The notes beneath the pieces were generated by a model. It saw only the letters and a list, made by a program, of their open reading frames with translations. It ran no database searches and had not been told where the DNA came from. This document shows positions 56,454 to 64,000 of a DNA stretch of 64,000 nt, piece by piece. The position numbers were made by a program, and so were the translations under genes. How positions within the stretch are numbered: position 1 is the first letter of the stretch; each line of letters starts with the position of its first letter. The DNA comes from Polyangiaceae bacterium (GTDB lineage Bacteria > Myxococcota_A > Polyangia > Polyangiales > Polyangiaceae): the NCBI GenBank assembly GCA_035063585.1, contig JAPSGB010000027.1, positions 1 through 64,000 on the forward strand. Reading direction: 5' to 3'.

Positions 56454-57047
56454 ATGCCGTGCGCTCTCGCGAAGTCAACGATGCTGGTATCGCTCCTCGG
56501 CTTGGGAGTGCTGGTCGCGTGCAACACCAAGGACGAGCCCAAGTCGGAGTCCGTAGCGACCACGGCCGCACCGGTGACCTCTGCGACGCCGGAGCCCGCG
56601 ACTCCGCCGGACCCGGCTCCGGTCGAGCCCGCGGCGACTGCGCCAGCCAAGCCGCGGGCTGACGACCTCACCGGGGTCGGTGGTCGCAGCAAGGTCCCGA
56701 CCATCGCCGAGTGGGACGCGGTCGGCGAGATCACCGTGAGGCACTCCGGCCCGCTCGGCTGCGAGACCAAGATGGTGCGCGAGTGGCTGCGAGTGAGCTG
56801 CCGCACCGGCTCCGGTGCTCATCAAATCAAGAGCGTCAGCGTCCTCTCCTCGAACGGCATGAGCAAGGGCGAGGTGTTCACCTTCTCGAAGAGCGGCGTC
56901 GCGAGCGTGGTCTTGCCGGTGCGCGACGGGTACTCGGCGAAGGTCCGCTTCGCGTGGAGTGACTGGGGCTCTCGCACGCTCAGCATGGACTTTTCGCACG
57001 GAGCCCCGAAGCCGGTCATCGAGTTCGATGCGAGCGCCCCGAAGTAG
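56454..57047 (+). CDS. hypothetical lipoprotein with Pro/Ala linker
   Basis: LVAC lipobox; GCETKMVREWLRVSC domain. Confidence 0.75.
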   Translation: MPCALAKSTMLVSLLGLGVLVACNTKDEPKSESVATTAAPVTSATPEPATPPDPAPVEPAATAPAKPRADDLTGVGGRSKVPTIAEWDAVGEITVRHSGPLGCETKMVREWLRVSCRTGSGAHQIKSVSVLSSNGMSKGEVFTFSKSGVASVVLPVRDGYSAKVRFAWSDWGSRTLSMDFSHGAPKPVIEFDASAPK

Positions 57048-57067
57048 GGCTCGCTGAGCTAGCTTCG

Positions 57068-57841
57068 ATGGACGCGGGGCGGCTCATTCTCCTCGCGCTC
57101 GCCGCGGCTCTGGCTGGAGCGATCAACGCGGTCGCGGGCGGCGGCTCACTGATCTCGTTTCCGGCCGCGCTCGCGGCCGGCTTGCCACCGGTCGTCGCCA
57201 AGGCGACCAACACCGTCGCGCTGGTGCCCGGTTCGCTCGCGGCGACGTGGGCCTATCGCGGTGAGCTCTCCGGGCACGCGCGGCTCGCGCTCGGCCTCAC
57301 CGTGCCGGGCCTCGGGGGCGCCGTGCTCGGTGCGGCCATCCTGGTCGGCGCGCCGCCCCGCGCGTTCGAGCTCCTCATCCCCGCGCTCGCGCTCGGGGCG
57401 ACGCTGCTCCTCGCCGCCAAGGACGCGCTCTGGCGCAGCGCCAAGGCGTCGGCTGCTCCCCCGTCGGCGACGCGGGTGGTCATGGTCGGCGCGGGGCTTT
57501 TCGCCGCGTCCGTCTACGGCGGCTATTTCGGGGCCGGGCTCGGCATCCTCGCGCTCTCTCTGCTCATGATGGTGAAGCCCCTCGGCATCCATGAGCTCAA
57601 CGCGATGAAGTCCCTCATCGTCGGTGGAATCAACGGCGCGGCGGCGATCTACTTCTTCATCCGCGGTGTGGTCGATCTCCCGGCCGCGCTCGCCATGCTC
57701 GTCGGCAGCGTGCTCGGTGGGTTCGCGAGCGCCACGCTCGCGCGCCGTGCGAGCCCGCGGGTGATTCGCCGGCTGGTGGTGGCGGTCGGCGTCGTGGTGA
57801 GCGTCGCGCTCGCGGCGCGTTATTGGGGGCGCGCCGGCTGA
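57068..57841 (+). CDS. TauE/SafE (TSUP) family sulfite exporter
   Basis: NAVAGGGSLI.FP, YGGYFGAGLG; about 8 TM helices. Confidence 0.92.
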   Translation: MDAGRLILLALAAALAGAINAVAGGGSLISFPAALAAGLPPVVAKATNTVALVPGSLAATWAYRGELSGHARLALGLTVPGLGGAVLGAAILVGAPPRAFELLIPALALGATLLLAAKDALWRSAKASAAPPSATRVVMVGAGLFAASVYGGYFGAGLGILALSLLMMVKPLGIHELNAMKSLIVGGINGAAAIYFFIRGVVDLPAALAMLVGSVLGGFASATLARRASPRVIRRLVVAVGVVVSVALAARYWGRAG

Positions 57842-57907
57842 CCCGGGAACGACAGGGAGCGCTCGCGCTTTCCCGCGGACCGGCCTTGTGGTTACGCTCG
57901 GGCCCCC

Positions 57908-58816
57908 ATGAGCTTCGAGCGCATCCGGCAGCGGCTCCACGAGGGGCGCCCTCTGGTGCTCGACTCGGATCCGGGGGCGTCTTTCCGCGCGCGCGGCGTC
58001 GCGCTCGACACGCCGGGCGCGATCGGCGAGCTCCTGCGGAGCCGCTCGGAGGACGTCCTCTCGCATTATCGCGCGGAGGCCTCGAGCCGCGTCGATGTCC
58101 TCTCGGCGCTCACCGCGGACACCACGCCCCGCGCGCTCGCGGAGGTCGGCATGGAGCATCGCTCGGCGGTGCTCACCGGACGCGCCATCGAGCTCGCGCT
58201 CGAGGCCGCGGCCGAGACGAAGCGGCCGATCGCGGTGGCGGGTGTGCTCGGCTCGGAGATGGTGGGCGCGCTCGCCGCCGAGCGCGAGCACGCCGAGCTC
58301 GCCGAGCACGCGCGCCGGATCGCGGTGGCGGGTTCCGAGCTCATCATCGCCCGCGGCCAGGGCTCACGCCTCGGGCTCATGGCGGCGGTGGTCGCGGCCG
58401 CGGCTACCGAACTGCCGACCTGGGCGGTGGTCGAGTGCCTTCCAAGTGGTGAGCTCGCCATGGGCGGCGATCTCGCGTCCTTGGTCGAGTCGCTGGAGGG
58501 CGCAGGAGCGAGCGCGGTGCTGTTCGAGGTGGCCTCGGTCGAGGCCGGGCTGCGCCAGCTCGCGCAGGTGCTCGACCTCGTGCCCGACGCGAGCGCGGTC
58601 CCCGGGATCTTGCTCGCCGGCGGCCCCGACTCGGTGCGTGGCTTCCCGGACTTCGCGGCGAAGCCGACGAGCTGGGCGTTCCAGGCGCTCGCCCTGGATG
58701 CTGCGGGAGCGCGCATCATCGGCGGCGGCGCCGGCACCACCGAAGCGCACACGGCGGGGCTTGCGGCGGAGCTCGGCAGTCTCCATCCTTCCATCCCCGC
58801 GTCATCCCCCAGGTAG
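57908..58816 (+). CDS. homocysteine S-methyltransferase-fold protein lacking the Zn-binding cysteines
   Basis: LVLD N-terminus, VAGVLG, GARIIGGGAGTTEAH in place of the canonical GGCCGT. Confidence 0.75.
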   Translation: MSFERIRQRLHEGRPLVLDSDPGASFRARGVALDTPGAIGELLRSRSEDVLSHYRAEASSRVDVLSALTADTTPRALAEVGMEHRSAVLTGRAIELALEAAAETKRPIAVAGVLGSEMVGALAAEREHAELAEHARRIAVAGSELIIARGQGSRLGLMAAVVAAAATELPTWAVVECLPSGELAMGGDLASLVESLEGAGASAVLFEVASVEAGLRQLAQVLDLVPDASAVPGILLAGGPDSVRGFPDFAAKPTSWAFQALALDAAGARIIGGGAGTTEAHTAGLAAELGSLHPSIPASSPR

Positions 58817-58819
58817 AGC

Positions 58820-60202
58820 ATGCTCCCGTCTGATCCTCCTCGTGCCGTCACCGACGCGGCCGAGCCCCTACGTGACGTCGGTGAGCTCGAGGAAATTTTT
58901 CACACCGCCGAGAAGCCGGCGGACGCCTGGCGCGTGGGCGGCGAAGCCGAGAAATTCGGGGTCGACGCGGCGAGCGGCGCTCCCATCGGTTACGACGGCG
59001 AGCGCGGCGTCACCCGCATCTTCGCGTCGCTCGTCCATTCCCACGGCTGGAACCCGGTCCGGGAGACGCCCGACGGCCCGCTCATCGCGCTCTCCCGCGG
59101 CGAGGCGTCGGTGACACTCGAGCCGGGCGCCCAGCTCGAGCTCAGCGGCGCGCCGCTCGCGAGCGTGCACCTCATCTGCGCCGAGCTCCGCGGCCATCTG
59201 GCCGAGCTCCGTGAGATCTCGAGCGAGATGAACCTCGTCTGGCTCGGCGTGGGCTTCCACCCGCTGGCGACGCAGGCCGAGCTCTCGTGGGTGCCCAAGC
59301 ACCGCTACGCGATCATGCGCGAGTATCTGCCCACGCGCGGCAGCGGCGCGCTCGACATGATGCGTCGCACCGCGACGGTGCAGGCCAACTACGACTACTC
59401 GAGCGAGGAGGACGCGATGCGTAAGCTCCGCGTCGGGCTCGCACTCTCGCCGCTCGCGCACGCCATGACGGCCAACTCGCCGTTCTGCGAAGGGCGCCTC
59501 GCGGGGAAGAAGAGCGTGCGTGGGGATGTGTGGCTTCGCATGGATCCTGCGCGCTCCGGGCTCATCCCGTCGCTCTGGAAGCGGCCGCGCGCCCGCTACC
59601 GCGACTACGTCGAGTGGGCGCTCGACGCGGGGATGTTCCTCTTCAAGCGCGGCGACCAGTACATCGCCAACACCGGGCAGACGTTCCGCGATTTCATGAA
59701 GAACGGCTACGCCGGCCATCGCGCTACCCAGGGCGACTGGAGGCTCCACCTGCAGACGCTCTTCCCCGAGGTGCGGCTGAAGAGCACGCTCGAGGTGCGC
59801 GCGTGTGACTCCCTGCCGACCGATCTCGCCTGCAGCGTGCCCGCCCTCTTCGCGGGCGTATTCTACGACGAGCGAGCGCTCGCCGCGGCGGAAGAGTTCG
59901 TCGCCGATTGGGACTACCTGGCCGTCGAGCGGGACCGTCCAGGCCTCGTTACCCGCGGGCTCGAGGCCGATTTCCTCGGGCGGCCTGCGCGCGAGTGGGC
60001 GGAGCAGCTCATCGAACTCGCCGAGAGCGGCCTCACGCGCCGCGGGCGCCTGAGCGGCAAGGGCAACCCAGAGTCGATCCACCTCGAGCGGCTCAGCCAC
60101 CTGGTCGAAGCTGGGCGCTGCCCCGCCGACGTGCTCGTCGAGGGTCTCTCCCATGACATGCCCGAGCTTCGCCGCGAGATCATCGCGCGCTGCCACATCT
60201 AG
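58820..60202 (+). CDS. gshA: glutamate--cysteine ligase (GCS2, plant/alphaproteobacterial type)
   Basis: G.EAEKF, TLEPGAQLELSG, PK.RY.IM, MMRRTATVQANYD, ANSPF, TLFPEVRLK..LEVR. Confidence 0.92.
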   Translation: MLPSDPPRAVTDAAEPLRDVGELEEIFHTAEKPADAWRVGGEAEKFGVDAASGAPIGYDGERGVTRIFASLVHSHGWNPVRETPDGPLIALSRGEASVTLEPGAQLELSGAPLASVHLICAELRGHLAELREISSEMNLVWLGVGFHPLATQAELSWVPKHRYAIMREYLPTRGSGALDMMRRTATVQANYDYSSEEDAMRKLRVGLALSPLAHAMTANSPFCEGRLAGKKSVRGDVWLRMDPARSGLIPSLWKRPRARYRDYVEWALDAGMFLFKRGDQYIANTGQTFRDFMKNGYAGHRATQGDWRLHLQTLFPEVRLKSTLEVRACDSLPTDLACSVPALFAGVFYDERALAAAEEFVADWDYLAVERDRPGLVTRGLEADFLGRPAREWAEQLIELAESGLTRRGRLSGKGNPESIHLERLSHLVEAGRCPADVLVEGLSHDMPELRREIIARCHI

Positions 60203-60334
60203 TGGGCCTTGGTGTCGGTCCGGCGCGAAGTCCGCCCGGCGCGCTCAGGCTCCGCTCACCGGTCGCGTTCGAGGCGCGGCTTGTCAAACGCGGAAATTCG
60301 GGCTCGAATGCCGAATGGGGCGAGGCACCTCGGC

Positions 60335-62833
60335 ATGACGGATCCTCTCGATGGCGAGCGCGCGGGCGGCGCGGAGCGAGCGACGCTGGGTTCCCACGAG
60401 GGCGAGTCGGAGAGCGCGCGCTGGCTTCGTCTCCTCGACGTGTGCCGAGACGAGATCTACCTCGCCGACTGGGACACCCTGCGCTTCGAGTTCGTGAACG
60501 CGACGGCGTGTCGGAGCCTCGGGTACTCGAAGGAGGAGCTCCTCGACATGTCGCTCCTCGACCTCCGCCCCGGTGTCGCGGCGTCGGCGTTTCGCGCCCG
60601 CTTCGCGCCGATCCGCGAAGGGAAGATCGAGCTCGCAGTGTTCGAGACGGTCCACCGCCGAAAAGACGGCAGCGAGTATCCGGTCGAGATCTGCCTGCGA
60701 GCGTTCAGCCTCGGCGAGCGCACGGCGATGCTCGCCTTCGTCACCGATCTCACCGCACAACACCGCTCGCGGGCCAGGCTCGAGCACCAGCTCCTCGAGG
60801 CGAAGGTCGGCTTGAACGTGAGCCAGGCGCTGGTGGGGCTCACGAGCGAGCAGCAGGCGCTCGACACCATCCTCGAGGCGGCCGGTGTGTTCCCGGAAGC
60901 GTTCGTGTCCATCGTGACGTTCGACGGCGACAGCGGGGACCTCGACGCGACCTTGCGACGGCTGAATCCCAACGAGAGCGGGCTCAAGCAGATCATCGCG
61001 CTCGGGACGCGCTTCCCCCTCTCGGTCTTCACTGGGATCCACCAGCTCGAGAGCGGGGAGCCGATGGTCAGCAACGACATCGCCACCGACCAGCGCATCG
61101 ATGAGGCGATGCGTCTCGTCCTGGTGGAATTTGGCGCGCGCAGCCAGGCGCTGGTGCCGATGGCGATCGGTGAGGAGCTCCTAGGCTTCTTCGTACTCGA
61201 GTCGCGGCAGCCGGGGTACTTCGATGAGGCGAAGGTGTCCATCTATCGCGCGCTCGCCGAGCGGAGCGCGCTCACGCTCCGCTCGGCGCGGCTTCGCGAG
61301 GCGGTGCGGGCGTCCGAGCAGCGCCTCGCGCTCATCGTCGAGCAGTCTCCCCTCGGGGTCATCGAGTGGGACACCGAGCGGCGAGTGGCGAGCTGGAACC
61401 CGGCGGCCGAGCGGATCCTCGGGCGTACGCGCGCCGAAGCGCTCGATCGGGAGTCGGAGACGATCCTGGGCGAGGGAGCCTCACTGCTCTCTCTCGAGGA
61501 GTCGCGTCACGGCTCGCTCGTTCACAAGCGCCCGAGCGGCGAAGAGGTGGCGTGCGAGTGGTTCTGCACGCCGCTCTCCGGGGCGGCGGGCGACCGCGTG
61601 GGCGCGCTCAGCCTGGTCTTGGACGTGACCGCGCGCCAGCGCGCGGAAGAGCAACGCGAGCGCCTCGAGGCGCAGCTCCGGCAAGCGCAGCGGCTCGAGA
61701 CCGTGGGTCGGCTCGCGGGCGGCGTCGCCCATGACTTCAACAACATGCTGGTCGTGATCCTCGGCTACGCCGACATCCTGCTGTCGGCGCTCGACGGGGA
61801 GGACCCTCGGCGGGTCGAGGTGCAGGAGATCCGCGCCGCTGCCGAGCACTCGCGAGAGCTCACGCGGCAGCTCCTCGGCTTCTCACGGCAGCAGATCGCC
61901 TCGCCGCAGACGCTGGACGTCAACGACGCGGTCGAGGCCCTGCGCCGCGCCCTCGCGCGGCTCATCGGCGAAGACGTCGAGCTCGTGGTGGCGCTCGGTG
62001 CCGCACCGGCGCTCACCGAGCTCGACCCGGCGCAACTCGACCAGATCATCGTGAACCTCGCCATCAACGCGCGCGACGCGATGCCCGATGGCGGTACGCT
62101 CACCATCGAGACCGCGAACGTCACCGTCGACGAGGCGTATTGCCAGAGCCGCCCCGATGCGACGCCCGGACGCTACGTGAAGCTCAGCGTCAGCGACAAC
62201 GGTACCGGCATGAGCGCGGCCACCCTCGAGCATGTGTTCGAGCCCTTCTTCACCACCAAAGAGCGCGGGAAGGGCACCGGGCTCGGGCTCGCCACCGTCT
62301 ACGGCATCGTGCGCCAGAACCAGGGGCTCGTGAACGCCTACAGCGAGCTCGGCCGCGGCTCGACCTTCAACGTGTACTTCCGCGCGAGCACGAACCCCGC
62401 GGTGCTCGACGCCCGGCCCTCGTCGCGACCCGAGCCCGAGCGGCCGAGGGCGGAACGCACCGTGCTCCTCGTCGAAGACGAAGAGGCGGTGCGCCGCGCG
62501 GTAGCGACCATGCTGAGCGGCCTCGGCTACCGGGTGCTCGTGGCGGCGAGCGCGAGCGCGGCCCTCGTGCTCGCCCGCGACGACTCGTGCGTGATCGATC
62601 TGCTCCTCACCGACGTCGTGATGCCGACGCACACGGGACCGCAGCTCCGCGACGAGCTCGCGAGACTCCGCCCCGGGGTCGCGGTCGTCTTCATGAGCGG
62701 CTACACGTCGAACGTGATCGTTCACCACGGCATCCTCGAACCTGGCCTCCACTTCCTTCAGAAGCCCTTTACGCAGGCGGATCTCGCCGCCCGGCTCGAG
62801 GCGGCGCTCGCCGAGCCCGCGCGGGACACCTGA
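60335..62833 (+). CDS. hybrid sensor histidine kinase (PAS-GAF-PAS-HisKA-HATPase-REC)
   Basis: RRKDGSEYPVE PAC, AGGVAHDFNN H-box, NLAINARDAM, FEPFFTTK..GKGTGLGL, LLTDVVMP..KPF. Confidence 0.95.
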   Translation: MTDPLDGERAGGAERATLGSHEGESESARWLRLLDVCRDEIYLADWDTLRFEFVNATACRSLGYSKEELLDMSLLDLRPGVAASAFRARFAPIREGKIELAVFETVHRRKDGSEYPVEICLRAFSLGERTAMLAFVTDLTAQHRSRARLEHQLLEAKVGLNVSQALVGLTSEQQALDTILEAAGVFPEAFVSIVTFDGDSGDLDATLRRLNPNESGLKQIIALGTRFPLSVFTGIHQLESGEPMVSNDIATDQRIDEAMRLVLVEFGARSQALVPMAIGEELLGFFVLESRQPGYFDEAKVSIYRALAERSALTLRSARLREAVRASEQRLALIVEQSPLGVIEWDTERRVASWNPAAERILGRTRAEALDRESETILGEGASLLSLEESRHGSLVHKRPSGEEVACEWFCTPLSGAAGDRVGALSLVLDVTARQRAEEQRERLEAQLRQAQRLETVGRLAGGVAHDFNNMLVVILGYADILLSALDGEDPRRVEVQEIRAAAEHSRELTRQLLGFSRQQIASPQTLDVNDAVEALRRALARLIGEDVELVVALGAAPALTELDPAQLDQIIVNLAINARDAMPDGGTLTIETANVTVDEAYCQSRPDATPGRYVKLSVSDNGTGMSAATLEHVFEPFFTTKERGKGTGLGLATVYGIVRQNQGLVNAYSELGRGSTFNVYFRASTNPAVLDARPSSRPEPERPRAERTVLLVEDEEAVRRAVATMLSGLGYRVLVAASASAALVLARDDSCVIDLLLTDVVMPTHTGPQLRDELARLRPGVAVVFMSGYTSNVIVHHGILEPGLHFLQKPFTQADLAARLEAALAEPARDT

Positions 62834-62836
62834 GCC

Positions 62837-63274
62837 TCAGTCGCCGCTCACGCAGGCGTCGATCTGGTCTTCGCTCTTCACCGCGGCGATGCAGCGCGCC
62901 TCGCGCTGGGACGTACCTCGAGCGACGCACTCCTCCGCTGCTTGCCGGACCCGCGCGTCCTTCCCCGGGTCGTCGCGTGCGCTCGCGAGCTCGCGCTCCA
63001 GCCGCGCGCGCTTCTTTGGATCGCGCTCGCTCTCGATGGCCAGCCTGCGGCCGAGCGCTTCGAGGTGTTCCGCCGCCGCCGCGCAGTCGGCGAGCGAGGC
63101 GCGCGCCGGGTCCGGGGCGGCGACGCGTCCCGGCGCGGGGCCCGGCGCGCCGTCGCTCTCGGCGCCGCCGAGCTCCGCATCCTCGCTCAGGATGGCCGAC
63201 GGATCGGTCGCTTCTTTGGGCGCCCCACACCCCGCGACGACCCCGCAGCTCACCACCAAAACCAAGGCTCTCAT
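62837..63274 (-). CDS. hypothetical lipoprotein with Cys-stapled helices
   Basis: MRALVLVVSCGVVAGC lipobox; C..C..C..C pattern. Confidence 0.7.
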   Translation of the reverse strand: MRALVLVVSCGVVAGCGAPKEATDPSAILSEDAELGGAESDGAPGPAPGRVAAPDPARASLADCAAAAEHLEALGRRLAIESERDPKKRARLERELASARDDPGKDARVRQAAEECVARGTSQREARCIAAVKSEDQIDACVSGD

Positions 63275-63341
63275 GAGGTTCGGCGCTCCTGTTCCGGGCA
63301 TCTTAGCGGTTTTCCCCGCGCGCCAGCGGGCGTTGCGGCCG

Positions 63342-63362
63342 GATTCGTTTCGTGTACGAATC
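63342..63362. promoter_or_regulatory. inverted-repeat operator candidate
   Basis: GATTCGT-N7-ACGAATC between divergent genes. Confidence 0.45.
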
Positions 63363-63403
63363 ATTTCTAGGCGAAAGAGTGATCGCCGGAGGAGCAGACG
63401 CCG

Positions 63404-64000
63404 ATGTGGAACCCGTTCACCGAGGAGCATGAGCATTTCCGCAGCACCGTGCGGCGGTTCGTCGAGCAGGAGATCGCGCCGTTCGCGAGCGCGTGGGAAA
63501 AGGAGAAGGACTTCCCGAGCGCGCTCTTCAAGCAGGCGGGTGAGCTCGGAATCCTCGGCGCGCACTACCCGGAGGACAAGGGCGGAGGCGGCGGCGACTA
63601 CTGGTTCTCGGTCGCGAAGGCGCAGGAGCTTCCGCGCGGCGGTAGCGCTGGCATCACGATGGCGCTCCTCGTGCAGACCGACATGGCGACTCCGGTGATC
63701 GCCGATCTCGGCACGCCCGAGCAGATCGATGAGTTTCTGAAGCCAGCCCTCGCCGGCGAGCGCATCGCTTCGATCGGCGTCTCCGAGCCCGGCGCCGGCA
63801 GCGACGTCGCCGGCATCCGTACCCACGCGCGAAGAGACGGTGACGACTACGTCATCAACGGCCAGAAGACCTTCATCACCAACGGCACCCGCGCGAGCTT
63901 CATCACCTTGCTCGCCAAGACCAACCCCGAGAGCGGCGCGCACGGATGCTCGTTCTTCCTCGTGCCGACCGATTTGCCTGGCTTCAAGGTCAGCCGGAAG
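63404..64000 (+). CDS. acyl-CoA dehydrogenase, truncated by the window end
   Basis: Not in the ORF track (no stop). GGAGGAG RBS; MWNPFTEEHEHFR..., VSEPGAGSDVA, INGQKTFITNG. Confidence 0.93.
   Translation, partial: MWNPFTEEHEHFRSTVRRFVEQEIAPFASAWEKEKDFPSALFKQAGELGILGAHYPEDKGGGGGDYWFSVAKAQELPRGGSAGITMALLVQTDMATPVIADLGTPEQIDEFLKPALAGERIASIGVSEPGAGSDVAGIRTHARRDGDDYVINGQKTFITNGTRASFITLLAKTNPESGAHGCSFFLVPTDLPGFKVSRK

Noticed and set aside
58820..60202. Ergothioneine (egtA) cluster
   Set aside because: No egtB/C/D/E neighbours; the motifs fit the plant/alphaproteobacterial GshA type.
1..64000. tRNA, rRNA, prophage or dedicated anti-phage defence island
   Set aside because: No cloverleaf or rRNA-like segments, phage structural genes, integrase or clustered defence genes were recognised by eye; a covariance-model scan would be needed to exclude small ncRNAs.

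Overview
Very GC-rich bacterial chromosomal segment. Its gene content (myxobacterial Cys-rich repeats, vWA lipoproteins, PilZ proteins, Gly-rich lipoproteins) suggests Myxococcota/Polyangiales; this is inferred, not established. Most genes are housekeeping or envelope: aroC, chorismate mutase, tdk, nei, bolA, mfd, pyk, a pal-tolQRAB cluster, PpiD/SurA, M16 peptidase, DinG, a MoxR-DUF58-BatA-vWA operon, a DAACS transporter, gshA, a hybrid histidine kinase and two acyl-CoA dehydrogenases. An IS91/ISCR-type transposase remnant sits at the left edge. I found no rRNA, tRNA or CRISPR array. The most notable observations are: (1) a response regulator combining an intact receiver domain, a QLTLF beta-clamp-type motif and a 22x pentapeptide histone-H1-like tail; (2) a Cys-less homocysteine-methyltransferase-fold pseudoenzyme coupled to glutamate-cysteine ligase; (3) a window-wide signature of leaderless transcription; (4) an unannotated 47-aa membrane microprotein. 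All functional calls come from motif recognition only; no database search was run.
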